DNA of 64,000 nucleotides, from the sequence record OR228459.1; one strand, written 5' to 3'. The stretch's first letter is position 1. Each line of letters opens with the position of its first letter. Positions 55,512-64,000 of the stretch are shown piece after piece. A program made the position numbers and the translations under genes. A model generated the notes under the pieces. The model was not told the DNA's origin, did not search any database, and was given only the letters and a program-made list of their open reading frames with translations.

Positions 55512-56716
55512 GTTTACCTAAGAAGTTTTATGTAGCACGTTGCTATCGTAGCACAGAAGAAGTATTAGGCTTTATGGTTGTTGCTGATGCAGAACACACC
55601 AAAGCATTCCAAAAGAAAAAAGAAACTGCCGACCGCTGGGCGAGAGGAAGTGGTATTGACCCATTTTATGTTGAGAATACCCCACAAACGGGTTTTCAAA
55701 TGGTTACCAACGTATCACGTTATAGTACTTCAAATGTTGTTTGGCGTGTTCGTCACCCTGAAGGTTTTGAGTTTGAAATCACTTCAGATAACTTCATGGA
55801 TCTAATTGAGACCAGTACTATTATCGAAGGTGTAATTCAAGAAGAATTATTCTTCACTGAAAATCGTAAACTCGTAAGTGAGAAAACCAAACTCTTTGCT
55901 GATATGATTAAGAAGGAAGAGAAGAAAGAACAGCAAGCACAATTGCTTTCTGATTTCAAAGAAGGTGATCTATTCCAGTTCGATGACGATAATTATCGCA
56001 ATACTTTCTCAGATACATACCAGTACTGTGGAAAATATCACGTGCTTGTTATGAACAAAAACAAACCACTATGTATTCCTGATAAATCTTCTAAGAAAGA
56101 AGTAGTTCTTAATACTAAAACTGGTAAGTATTACATCCGTACTAAAATTGCTTCTCAAGCAATCAAAAAGGTTGGTCATCAAGCTATTGACCGTGAATCT
56201 GTGGTGAAAGCACTAAACACTACATTACGTGATCCATTTAAAAGTTACAAAAGTGGTGGTTGGGATGTAATGGATGATCATTATAAACTTGTGGTGGCTG
56301 GCAATGAGAAACCATTCAAACTAGCAGATTGCACGGTTGAATATACTGATATTGATCCTAAAGCAATCCGTACATACATCGACCAGTATTTTGCATACTT
56401 TGAACATAATGGTAAAATTATGCGTGTACTTGGTGCATGTAGTAATTATACTGGTTATTATTCTACAAGGAATAAAAAAAATCTTCAAGAAAGTTGGTCA
56501 TCAGCAGATGAAATGTTCTCATATAATGCAGAACTATTAGAAAATGGTCAGTTGCATATGCCAGAAGTTGATCTAACTACTCACCAAGGATTTAGTGGCT
56601 ACCGCAGTGAATCACCATTTTATGGTTTCAGCAATTATGGTACACGTGAACATAATTTGTGCTTCACACGGATTCCAGAAACAATCAAGTTCGGAACAGT
56701 AAAAATCGGGAAGTAA
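55508..56716 (+). CDS. Hypothetical protein
   Basis: Long ORF, GGAGG RBS. Confidence 0.85.
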   Translation: MSLPKKFYVARCYRSTEEVLGFMVVADAEHTKAFQKKKETADRWARGSGIDPFYVENTPQTGFQMVTNVSRYSTSNVVWRVRHPEGFEFEITSDNFMDLIETSTIIEGVIQEELFFTENRKLVSEKTKLFADMIKKEEKKEQQAQLLSDFKEGDLFQFDDDNYRNTFSDTYQYCGKYHVLVMNKNKPLCIPDKSSKKEVVLNTKTGKYYIRTKIASQAIKKVGHQAIDRESVVKALNTTLRDPFKSYKSGGWDVMDDHYKLVVAGNEKPFKLADCTVEYTDIDPKAIRTYIDQYFAYFEHNGKIMRVLGACSNYTGYYSTRNKKNLQESWSSADEMFSYNAELLENGQLHMPEVDLTTHQGFSGYRSESPFYGFSNYGTREHNLCFTRIPETIKFGTVKIGK

Positions 56717-56744
56717 TACTTCCCTTTTACATCATGGAGGATGT

Positions 56745-58175
56745 ATGTCAATTCTATCAATTCTAAATGAAATTAAAGACAATTCTAGTACACTAGCTAA
56801 GAAAGCTATTCTAGAAAGTCATAAAAATAATAAAGTACTTAAACAAGTACTTAAACTAACTCTAGATCCAAGTATTGTTAGTGGTTATAAGAAACTTCCT
56901 TCTGCAATTGAAAATGAAGAGAAGTATGACCTCCAGACTGCCCTTGATAAGTTAGATGCAATCTATACTCGTCTTTATACTGGTCATGCTGGTCGTGATT
57001 ATATTGCTAATATTCTTGGTTCTGTATCAGAAGAAGACGCTGATGTAATTAGTCGAGTACTAACAAAAGACTTGGCATGTGGTATTCAAGAAAAGAATGT
57101 CAATGATGTATTTGGTAAAGGCTTTATCAAAGACGAACCATATATGCGTTGTTCACTAATTGATACTAAAACTGCTGCTAACATTGAATTTGATACATAC
57201 GGCTATGCGGTATCAGAAGTTAAAATGGATGGACAGTACTTAAACCATACTGTTATTAATGGTGCACTAACCTGTACTTCTCGTAATGGTAAAGTATATG
57301 ACTTCCTAGGTAGTCGTGATGAACTAATGGCTAAACTCGCTTCTCGAATTCAAGAACGTGATCCACGTTTTGCTAGTGGTGTAGTATTCAATGGTGAATG
57401 TCTCGTGATGGATGAATTTGGTCAAATTCTACCACGTGAAACGGGCAATGGCATCGTTCAGAAAGCAGGTAAGGGGTCTATGACCGTTGCGGAATCCATG
57501 CGTGTGGTGTTCGTTCTATGGGACGTATTACCCTTTGATGCATTCCGTGAAGGTATCTGGAATGTTAAGCGTGTTGAACGCCGTACTATCCTAGAAGAAG
57601 CTATTTGCTTTGTTGATTCTGAATTCATCCGTATGGTTGAGTACGAAAAAGTACTAAACATTGAGGAAGCATTTGAATACAACAAATACCTAATGGATCG
57701 TGGTGAAGAAGGTTCGGTACTAAAATGTGAAGGTGGGATTTGGAAATCTCATACTTCTCCTAAACAACTTAAAATGAAACTAAAAATGCAAATTGATTTG
57801 CGTGTTGTTGGTTTCTTGCCCGGTGAAGGTAAACGTAAAGGTGTTCTAGGTTCTTTAGTACTTGAATCCGAAGATGGTATTTTGACCACAAACTGTGGTA
57901 CTGGTATCAAAGAGAAAGATGCTGAATGGACATTCAAAAGCATTTGGGAAAAGCAGGATGAGTTACTAGGTAAAGTTGTTACTGTCGAGTGTAATGAATT
58001 AACACAAGATAAGAAAACTTTAATACCTAAAGTGTTCCTACCTGTATTCGTGGAATTCCGTTTCGATAAAGATACATGCGATACACATGAACGTATTCTA
58101 GAAATCCGCGAATCAGCCGTGGAAGTGTTTACTCGTTCGATTACAGAAGCACTAAAGAAAGGTAAAAAGAAATAA
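56745..58175 (+). CDS. ATP-dependent DNA ligase (T4 gp30-like)
   Basis: EVKMDG, FNGE, WD, EGSVLK, KMK and OB-fold GSLVL. Confidence 0.92.
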   Translation: MSILSILNEIKDNSSTLAKKAILESHKNNKVLKQVLKLTLDPSIVSGYKKLPSAIENEEKYDLQTALDKLDAIYTRLYTGHAGRDYIANILGSVSEEDADVISRVLTKDLACGIQEKNVNDVFGKGFIKDEPYMRCSLIDTKTAANIEFDTYGYAVSEVKMDGQYLNHTVINGALTCTSRNGKVYDFLGSRDELMAKLASRIQERDPRFASGVVFNGECLVMDEFGQILPRETGNGIVQKAGKGSMTVAESMRVVFVLWDVLPFDAFREGIWNVKRVERRTILEEAICFVDSEFIRMVEYEKVLNIEEAFEYNKYLMDRGEEGSVLKCEGGIWKSHTSPKQLKMKLKMQIDLRVVGFLPGEGKRKGVLGSLVLESEDGILTTNCGTGIKEKDAEWTFKSIWEKQDELLGKVVTVECNELTQDKKTLIPKVFLPVFVEFRFDKDTCDTHERILEIRESAVEVFTRSITEALKKGKKK

Positions 58176-58600
58176 TGTCGAATTCATTCATGATATATAT
58201 AATTCCAGAACATATTAGATTGGATGGCAAAACTGGAAATCTAGCGATTATTTCTACACCATCAACAGATGTTGACAAATATGGTGTACCAATCATTTCC
58301 GGCTATACACGTTTATTGTACTTATCTGAAGCTGTTTATGAATATAACATTGATACAGATTCATATTTTGTATTAAAAAATAGAATGGGAAATGTTAATT
58401 CAGAAATGTATTGTTCATTTCGTGATTTAGTTGATAGTACTGAATTATTATTCATGAATGAAAGCATTGGTACTGAACCTTTATCTAATTTTGTTGTTAA
58501 TGTCAGAACACCGACGATTGCTAAAAATTACAAATGTACAAAAATAAATGTTGACAAAATGACTCATCCTGAGATATACTTGTCAGCATTGATTGGATAG
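58175..58600 (+). CDS. Hypothetical protein
   Basis: Coupled ORF. Confidence 0.7.
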   Translation: MSNSFMIYIIPEHIRLDGKTGNLAIISTPSTDVDKYGVPIISGYTRLLYLSEAVYEYNIDTDSYFVLKNRMGNVNSEMYCSFRDLVDSTELLFMNESIGTEPLSNFVVNVRTPTIAKNYKCTKINVDKMTHPEIYLSALIG

Positions 58601-58609
58601 GAGATAGTC

Positions 58610-59401
58610 ATGAAATTTGTAGTCTTTTCAGATATACATGGTGGAAGTAATTATCTTCATGATGATGATTATACTGATACCGTACTAATAATTGCTGGGG
58701 ACTACGATGAGACTAAGCGTAGTCGTTACCGTGAAGGAATTGAACAGCATTGTAAACAATTCAAGAAAGTAATATTAGTCCCCGGTAATCATGAGTACTA
58801 TGGTTCAAATATACATAAAACACATAAAGTACTACAAGAGATGGATGATGAAATATCTAATTTTATCTTTCTCCAGAATAATTATGTATGGATTGACGAT
58901 GTACTAATTATTGGTAGTACTTTGTGGACAGACTTTGACAGGGGTAATCCTCTAGTGAAGTTTGATGCCAAAATGAAGATGAATGATTATAAACACATTC
59001 GTCACGGGCCAGAAAGTGAACCTTGGCGTAAGAAACTCACGGTTGAAGACGTTGAGTTCATGCACCACGTTTCTAAAAAATATATAAAAGAAACGGTTGA
59101 CATGGAACGAAATTTGGTTCATAATGATTTCAAGATTGTGGTGGTAACACATCACGCCCCAAGTTATCAAAGTGTGTCTCCAAGATATAACAATGATTCA
59201 TTGAATGGTTGTTACTGTTCAGATATGGATCAATACATTGAAGAACTCCAAGCTGACGTGTGGATTCATGGACACGTGCACAGCAATTTTGATTATCAAA
59301 TTGGTAAAACCCGTATCATTTGCAATCCAAAAGGATATGAATCTTTTTCTGGAGCAAATGAAAACTTTGATTACAGTCCTAAATTTATTTTTGAAGTATA
59401 A
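58610..59401 (+). CDS. Calcineurin-like metallophosphoesterase
   Basis: SDIH, AGD, GNHE, THHAP, HGHVH. Confidence 0.9.
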   Translation: MKFVVFSDIHGGSNYLHDDDYTDTVLIIAGDYDETKRSRYREGIEQHCKQFKKVILVPGNHEYYGSNIHKTHKVLQEMDDEISNFIFLQNNYVWIDDVLIIGSTLWTDFDRGNPLVKFDAKMKMNDYKHIRHGPESEPWRKKLTVEDVEFMHHVSKKYIKETVDMERNLVHNDFKIVVVTHHAPSYQSVSPRYNNDSLNGCYCSDMDQYIEELQADVWIHGHVHSNFDYQIGKTRIICNPKGYESFSGANENFDYSPKFIFEV

Positions 59402-59416
59402 AAGAGGAATGAGAAT

Positions 59417-60094
59417 ATGAATAACAACATTATTGCAGCACCTTCCAACCTATCTGTTCCAATGGTAATTGAGCGTAGTAATGGTACAGAACGTGCTTAT
59501 GATCTAGGTTCTCGTCTACTCCAAGACCGTGTTATCATGCTAGACGCTGGGTTTGATGACAGCATGGCACATATTGTAAAACAGTCCCTACTATGGCTAG
59601 AATCCCAAAGTAATGATCCTATCACACTTTATATCACCTCACCCGGTGGTTCAGTACACGCAGGTCTAGGGATTGCTGATATTGTATCTTGTATGCGTAC
59701 TCCAATTCGTACAGTAGTTCTAGGTATGGCTGCTTCTATGGGTTGCTACATGCAAAGTACTATGGGTACTCCCGGAATGCGTCTAGCTGGTAAACGTGCT
59801 CAAATTATGGCACACCAAGTATCATCTGGTACACAAGGTACACTAGCTGACCAGAAAATCTCACTAGCACACAGCGAACTACTAGATGAAATGCTAGCAC
59901 GTGAAATCGCAGAAGCTGTAGGGGTATCCTATGAGCAGTACAAACTAGATACTGCTCGTGATATGTGGATGACTGCTGAACAAGCACTAAACTATGGTGA
60001 GAAGGGTTTCATTGATGGTATTATCATCGGTGATAAGAACGAAGATGGTAAACTACTTGTTAAACGCCGTGGTGGTGTTGAGGAATGGGTATAA
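59417..60094 (+). CDS. clpP: ClpP protease proteolytic subunit
   Basis: YDLGSRLLQDRVI, ITSPGGSV, GMAASMG, MAHQ, RDMWMTAEQAL.YG.ID. Confidence 0.92.
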   Translation: MNNNIIAAPSNLSVPMVIERSNGTERAYDLGSRLLQDRVIMLDAGFDDSMAHIVKQSLLWLESQSNDPITLYITSPGGSVHAGLGIADIVSCMRTPIRTVVLGMAASMGCYMQSTMGTPGMRLAGKRAQIMAHQVSSGTQGTLADQKISLAHSELLDEMLAREIAEAVGVSYEQYKLDTARDMWMTAEQALNYGEKGFIDGIIIGDKNEDGKLLVKRRGGVEEWV

Positions 60095-60387
60095 TGGACA
60101 AACTACTAGTGCGGGGCGTAAATGCCCCACAAGATGCAGAAGTTGTCAGTACTGAAGAGTTTATTACTCTAGCATTTGATCAAATTTCTGCAATTAGCTT
60201 GGATCTATCTTTTAGTAAAGAAAGTGGTGAAGTACTAGAAGGTATGAGTGATATGCTTGAACTAATGAAAGCAATTCTTATCGCTAAGAATATCAATCCT
60301 ATCAATTTATTTGTTACAGCAGAAAAACTACGTTCTGAAGAAGGAACTTTTTCAGACAAGAAAGCAGTACAACAGGAGCAAGAGTAA
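60094..60387 (+). CDS. Degenerate MazG-like (all-alpha NTP pyrophosphohydrolase) protein
   Basis: DKLLVR...EGMSDMLELMKAI...EEGTF matches the family layout, but the EExxE helix is eroded. Confidence 0.5.
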   Translation: MDKLLVRGVNAPQDAEVVSTEEFITLAFDQISAISLDLSFSKESGEVLEGMSDMLELMKAILIAKNINPINLFVTAEKLRSEEGTFSDKKAVQQEQE

Positions 60388-60830
60388 TGAGTACTAATCA
60401 GCAATACAACGAAGGTTATCAATATTTCAAAGAAAACGGTGCAATGGATCTAGATCTACTAAAACAACGTAGTCCTCTATTCCGTAGTGGTTACCGTAGT
60501 GCACAAGAAGAAGCTGCTAAGAAAAACAATGGCACCTTCCCAACTACGCTATATGATATTCCTCGGCGTCCAGAAAACTTTGTTCCTACTTGGAATGATA
60601 TTCTAGCAGCAACTCGTCGTCCACGTATGCGTAAGCTACACGCAGATCATATGATTCCTCTACTAAATCTACTCATTCGTGAAGTAGAAAAGAATTGTAC
60701 TGACGTTACTCGCTATTCTGATGTACTTAAAAAAGTTGACACAGCTTTCGATATCATGCTACAATATGGTTATGATGAAGGCATTCTAGACGAACGTGAT
60801 CTAAAGCAATACGATTACGTTCCTAAGTAA
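60387..60830 (+). CDS. Hypothetical protein
   Basis: Coupled ORF; terminator after. Confidence 0.8.
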   Translation: MSTNQQYNEGYQYFKENGAMDLDLLKQRSPLFRSGYRSAQEEAAKKNNGTFPTTLYDIPRRPENFVPTWNDILAATRRPRMRKLHADHMIPLLNLLIREVEKNCTDVTRYSDVLKKVDTAFDIMLQYGYDEGILDERDLKQYDYVPK

Positions 60831-60874
60831 ACACAAAAGGCCGCTTCATGCGGCCTATATTGTTCGAGGTGAAT

Positions 60875-61396
60875 ATGAAACTTAAAGTCTTTACAATGGA
60901 AGAAACTAAACAATTAATTGATGACCTGAATAAGTACTGGAAATTTTGTGCTGAAGTTACTAGTATTGCAAGGTTCCGTATTACTGAGGGTTTTGAATCT
61001 CATGTTCGTGATTACAAATGGGATTGGCGTTCGCCATTCACTCGCCGTGTTAAGTCTGTTGAAGATATGACTTATAAGATTTGTGGTGGACAGTTTCGTA
61101 GTACGTATTATGAATTCATGGAAAGTAAGGGATTTTCCGAATACCTTTCTTGCTGGTTTGGTGATTCAGATCCAAAATATTATTTTGTCCAAAAGCCATA
61201 CAATGATATTGTAGAGGCTGCGGCACGTATTGGTTATTGGAAACAAGAACATATTGCAACATTCCACGAATTACTAGAATTGTATGCCGAACATCCTCTA
61301 GTGCCGGAAGATAAAGATATTGAAATTATCAAGACTGTTCGTTCCCGTCTTGAAATTCTTGAACACATGATGGAAGAATATAATAATGCAATATAA
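60875..61396 (+). CDS. Hypothetical protein
   Basis: GAGG RBS. Confidence 0.75.
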   Translation: MKLKVFTMEETKQLIDDLNKYWKFCAEVTSIARFRITEGFESHVRDYKWDWRSPFTRRVKSVEDMTYKICGGQFRSTYYEFMESKGFSEYLSCWFGDSDPKYYFVQKPYNDIVEAAARIGYWKQEHIATFHELLELYAEHPLVPEDKDIEIIKTVRSRLEILEHMMEEYNNAI

Positions 61397-61910
61397 TTTA
61401 ACAGAAGAACAAAGTACTAAATTCTATGAAGAATTGGTAGATGCAATCGAAACAATCGATACTCTAAATGAACTTGCTATTGATACATTCAATAATTGGC
61501 ATATTCAATACTTGGCTAATCACAAAAGTATTTTTGGATTTAAACCTTATAGTATTGAAAAGTTCGGTAAGAAGATTACAATCGGTAAGGGTATTGAAAT
61601 TGGTCAAAATCAAAAAAGACGTGTAATCTATAATGCTGATGGTTGGGGTGCTAATCTCCGTACTACAAAGATTGCCAAACTAACCGGACGTTCATTCTTG
61701 GATGTATTGGGTGAAGTCAATCTAGTAAGTGCTGCATGTACATCATTTGTTTATAAAAGCTATGAATATGATGAGTGGTGTGAAATCCGTGAAAAAATGG
61801 AAAAATATATGCAAATTCCATATACCATTGATAATGAATGGTTGGAAGTACTCGAAAGTCTACCAACCAAGATGTACTACTATAAACATGTACTAGGGGA
61901 TATTGAATGA
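61386..61910 (+). CDS. Hypothetical protein
   Basis: Coupled ORF. Confidence 0.75.
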   Translation: MQYNLTEEQSTKFYEELVDAIETIDTLNELAIDTFNNWHIQYLANHKSIFGFKPYSIEKFGKKITIGKGIEIGQNQKRRVIYNADGWGANLRTTKIAKLTGRSFLDVLGEVNLVSAACTSFVYKSYEYDEWCEIREKMEKYMQIPYTIDNEWLEVLESLPTKMYYYKHVLGDIE

Positions 61911-62407
61911 TTTTAAAAACATTAACACCTAAACAAACAGGCATTTGGATAAAAAATCTCCAAAAACTATTGTCATTGCGTAATGCCGTTAAAAAGTATC
62001 ATAATTCTGAATATGATCGTGCAGAAAAATTATTCAATGAATCATATGGGTGGTTATATAAGGCATGGCATAGTATTGATGGATATGAAGATTTACATCT
62101 AATGTGGAATGGTACGTATCATGTTCCAATGTCAATGATTTGTAGCCATGTTAAAAAACTTGAAACTGTTCCACCACATATGGTTGAATACAGAAAGCGT
62201 CTTATCTATGAATATCGTGACACCCGCGACACGCTACTAAAACGTTTACAACAGAAATGGGAACGTTATGCCGAGCAACCTTTCCAAATTCAGGAAGGTG
62301 ATTTGGAAATGTATGAGAACTTAAAAGTATGGCATCAAGAACTTAAAAATGTACTCGTAGAGGGGGGCGTATACGATGAAACACTCGACTTGGATGAAGA
62401 TTGCTAA
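61907..62407 (+). CDS. Hypothetical protein
   Basis: Coupled ORF. Confidence 0.75.
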   Translation: MILKTLTPKQTGIWIKNLQKLLSLRNAVKKYHNSEYDRAEKLFNESYGWLYKAWHSIDGYEDLHLMWNGTYHVPMSMICSHVKKLETVPPHMVEYRKRLIYEYRDTRDTLLKRLQQKWERYAEQPFQIQEGDLEMYENLKVWHQELKNVLVEGGVYDETLDLDEDC

Positions 62408-62849
62408 AGATGTAGCTGATGAGAGTAAATGTATCTCTCATCACGTAGGAGCAGTAATTGTACAGAATGATCGCATTGTCAGTACTGGATACAATGGCAC
62501 ACCAACGAAGCAGGTAAATTGTTGTGATGCAAATGCACATTTAGTACACAATGGTGAATTACAAAATTGGGTATCAGATGAAGCTAAAGTAGAACATCAT
62601 AACTGGAGTCTAATGCATGAAATTCATGCTGAAATGAATGCATTGCTTTATAGTTCACCAAAAGACCGTATTGGTGCAACTCTTTACAGTACTCTTCAAC
62701 CATGCTATACTTGTTCTCTATTGATTGCTGGAAGTGGCATTACGAAAGTAATCTACGAGAAAGAATATCCACGTACACCAGAACAAGCGATTAATGTTCT
62801 ACGTAATGCTGGTATTCAAGTTCATAAATTATCAGATTTGGGAGAATAA
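62376..62849 (+). CDS. cd: dCMP deaminase
   Basis: VGAVIV, STGYNG, HAEMNAL, PCYTC. Confidence 0.92.
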   Translation: MKHSTWMKIAKDVADESKCISHHVGAVIVQNDRIVSTGYNGTPTKQVNCCDANAHLVHNGELQNWVSDEAKVEHHNWSLMHEIHAEMNALLYSSPKDRIGATLYSTLQPCYTCSLLIAGSGITKVIYEKEYPRTPEQAINVLRNAGIQVHKLSDLGE

Positions 62850-62852
62850 TAT

Positions 62853-63128
62853 ATGTATCTATTGTTTTCAGTACTTGTTATGATTGGAATATCTTTTGCT
62901 ACATATATTATAATGAAAATTATCAATTATAGCGTAAATGTTGATATGAATGGTAATTCACGTAACTTTAAAGTTCGTTATAATCCATCAAACCATAAGT
63001 ACTACTTAACAAATGCATCACGCTTTGGTGATATTGATGTATGCAGATTTGGCCCATTCTTCCGTGTATATTACAAAAGTAAGATTGATGCTGATTTAGT
63101 AATGCAAAAATTAAATGATTATCAATAA
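62853..63128 (+). CDS. Membrane-anchored hypothetical protein
   Basis: N-terminal hydrophobic helix. Confidence 0.7.
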   Translation: MYLLFSVLVMIGISFATYIIMKIINYSVNVDMNGNSRNFKVRYNPSNHKYYLTNASRFGDIDVCRFGPFFRVYYKSKIDADLVMQKLNDYQ

Positions 63129-63152
63129 AAAGGAGGCCACTTGGCCTCCTTT
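63128..63152. terminator. Bidirectional terminator between convergent genes
   Basis: AAAGGAGGCC-actt-GGCCTCCTTT. Confidence 0.8.
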
Positions 63153-63260
63153 AATGTATACACTAATTAATTGGAAAAAATCTGTATTTCATTAATTATA
63201 TGTTTTTAGAGTAAATTAATATATGTAAAAATTCACCAATATATGAGTATTTTTTATATA

Positions 63261-63935
63261 TTATGATACGGTTACAGCAGCAATAGCTTGTTTTGCACCA
63301 TCAGTAGTTACTACAGTGATATTAGCAGTTCCGGTAGAGATGAATTTCACTAATCCGGTACTACTTATAGTAGCAACTTCAACATTATCCGATTCCCATG
63401 ATACTGATTTATCAGTTGCATTTTCTGGTAATATAGTAGCAACTAATTGTACATCAGGGTCACCGACTGCCCCAGAAACTGTACTTGGTTCAACTGAAAC
63501 ACTTTCAACATTCACAACGGTTGGTTCAGGTGGAACTGCTTCTGTGGTTTGTGCATTATAATCCACTATATCTACTTCTAAACCATTTGACAAAATGATT
63601 TTATGAGTGAAGAATTTGTATGCATAACCAAGTACATCACCAGATTCAAGATCATATACTTTCACGACATATTGATTCTTTCCAATAGATTGTTTAATTT
63701 CTTCCGCAGTAGCTGATAATGGTAGATCTTTGAAATTCTTATCTTTACTAACCATTTTCATGAAAGAATAGATTTTATCAGTTCCTTCATTAACTAGATC
63801 AAAAATACGGGTAGAACGTTCATTAATGATGAATAATTTATCATCAATTGGGTTTGCTTCATTATCTACTGCTGCAAATACATTAATGCCACCTACATTA
63901 AATGGCAATTCTCCAAATTTAGCGATAGGCTTCAT
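63261..63935 (-). CDS. Ig-like (Big_2) domain protein, probably a virion surface protein
   Basis: C-terminal VESVSV...ATILPENATDKSVSWES...VATISSTGLV...GTANITV; AGGAG RBS at MKPIAK. Confidence 0.85.
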   Translation of the reverse strand: MKPIAKFGELPFNVGGINVFAAVDNEANPIDDKLFIINERSTRIFDLVNEGTDKIYSFMKMVSKDKNFKDLPLSATAEEIKQSIGKNQYVVKVYDLESGDVLGYAYKFFTHKIILSNGLEVDIVDYNAQTTEAVPPEPTVVNVESVSVEPSTVSGAVGDPDVQLVATILPENATDKSVSWESDNVEVATISSTGLVKFISTGTANITVVTTDGAKQAIAAVTVS

Positions 63936-64000
63936 TGGCTTTCTCCTATTATTAAAGTACTTTATAATATTTACCAAAAAAGTCTTGACATATGGAACAA

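Noticed and set aside
1545-60422. Numerous short minus-strand ORFs
   Set aside because: They are shadows of well-supported plus-strand genes, with no RBS or recognisable motifs.

Overview
The window is a 64-kb, AT-rich (about one-third GC by eye), almost entirely + strand segment of a lytic jumbo phage of Enterobacterales. Gene content resembles the RaK2/GAP32/121Q-type myoviruses (inference). It probably starts at the genome's left end. It has four parts. (1) 1-1290 is non-coding: a terminal hairpin, two overlapping LexA boxes, a perfect Chi palindrome, a five-unit Fur-box array and divergent/convergent sigma70 promoters. (2) 1.3-19.6 kb is an early host-takeover region, probably a long terminal repeat. 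About 48 small genes sit mostly one per repeated sigma70 promoter cassette. They include H-NS-like, TraR/YbiI-like, ADP-ribosyltransferase-like, ParE-like, NUMOD4-HTH and Ser/Thr kinase proteins. This part also holds 12 co-oriented Chi sites and ten promoter-driven non-coding units sharing the core ACCC-N3/4-GGGTG. (3) 19.8-34.6 kb and 43.4-47.4 kb carry about 30 highly diverged tandem paralogs sharing a C-terminal acidic-FQxS motif. (4) 35-63 kb holds metabolism and repair genes: Dam-family MTase, HxGH nucleotidyltransferase, SpoT-type HD hydrolase, RNA ligase 1, PNK/phosphatase, Ser/Thr phosphatase, PTH2-like protein, DNA ligase, metallophosphoesterase, ClpP, MazG-like protein, dCMP deaminase and an Ig-domain protein. 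There is also a 690-bp structured intergenic region. The palindrome AGTACT is heavily over-represented throughout and is built into most early promoters. No tRNA, rRNA, CRISPR array or integrase was seen. All functional calls come from motif recognition by eye; no database searches were run.
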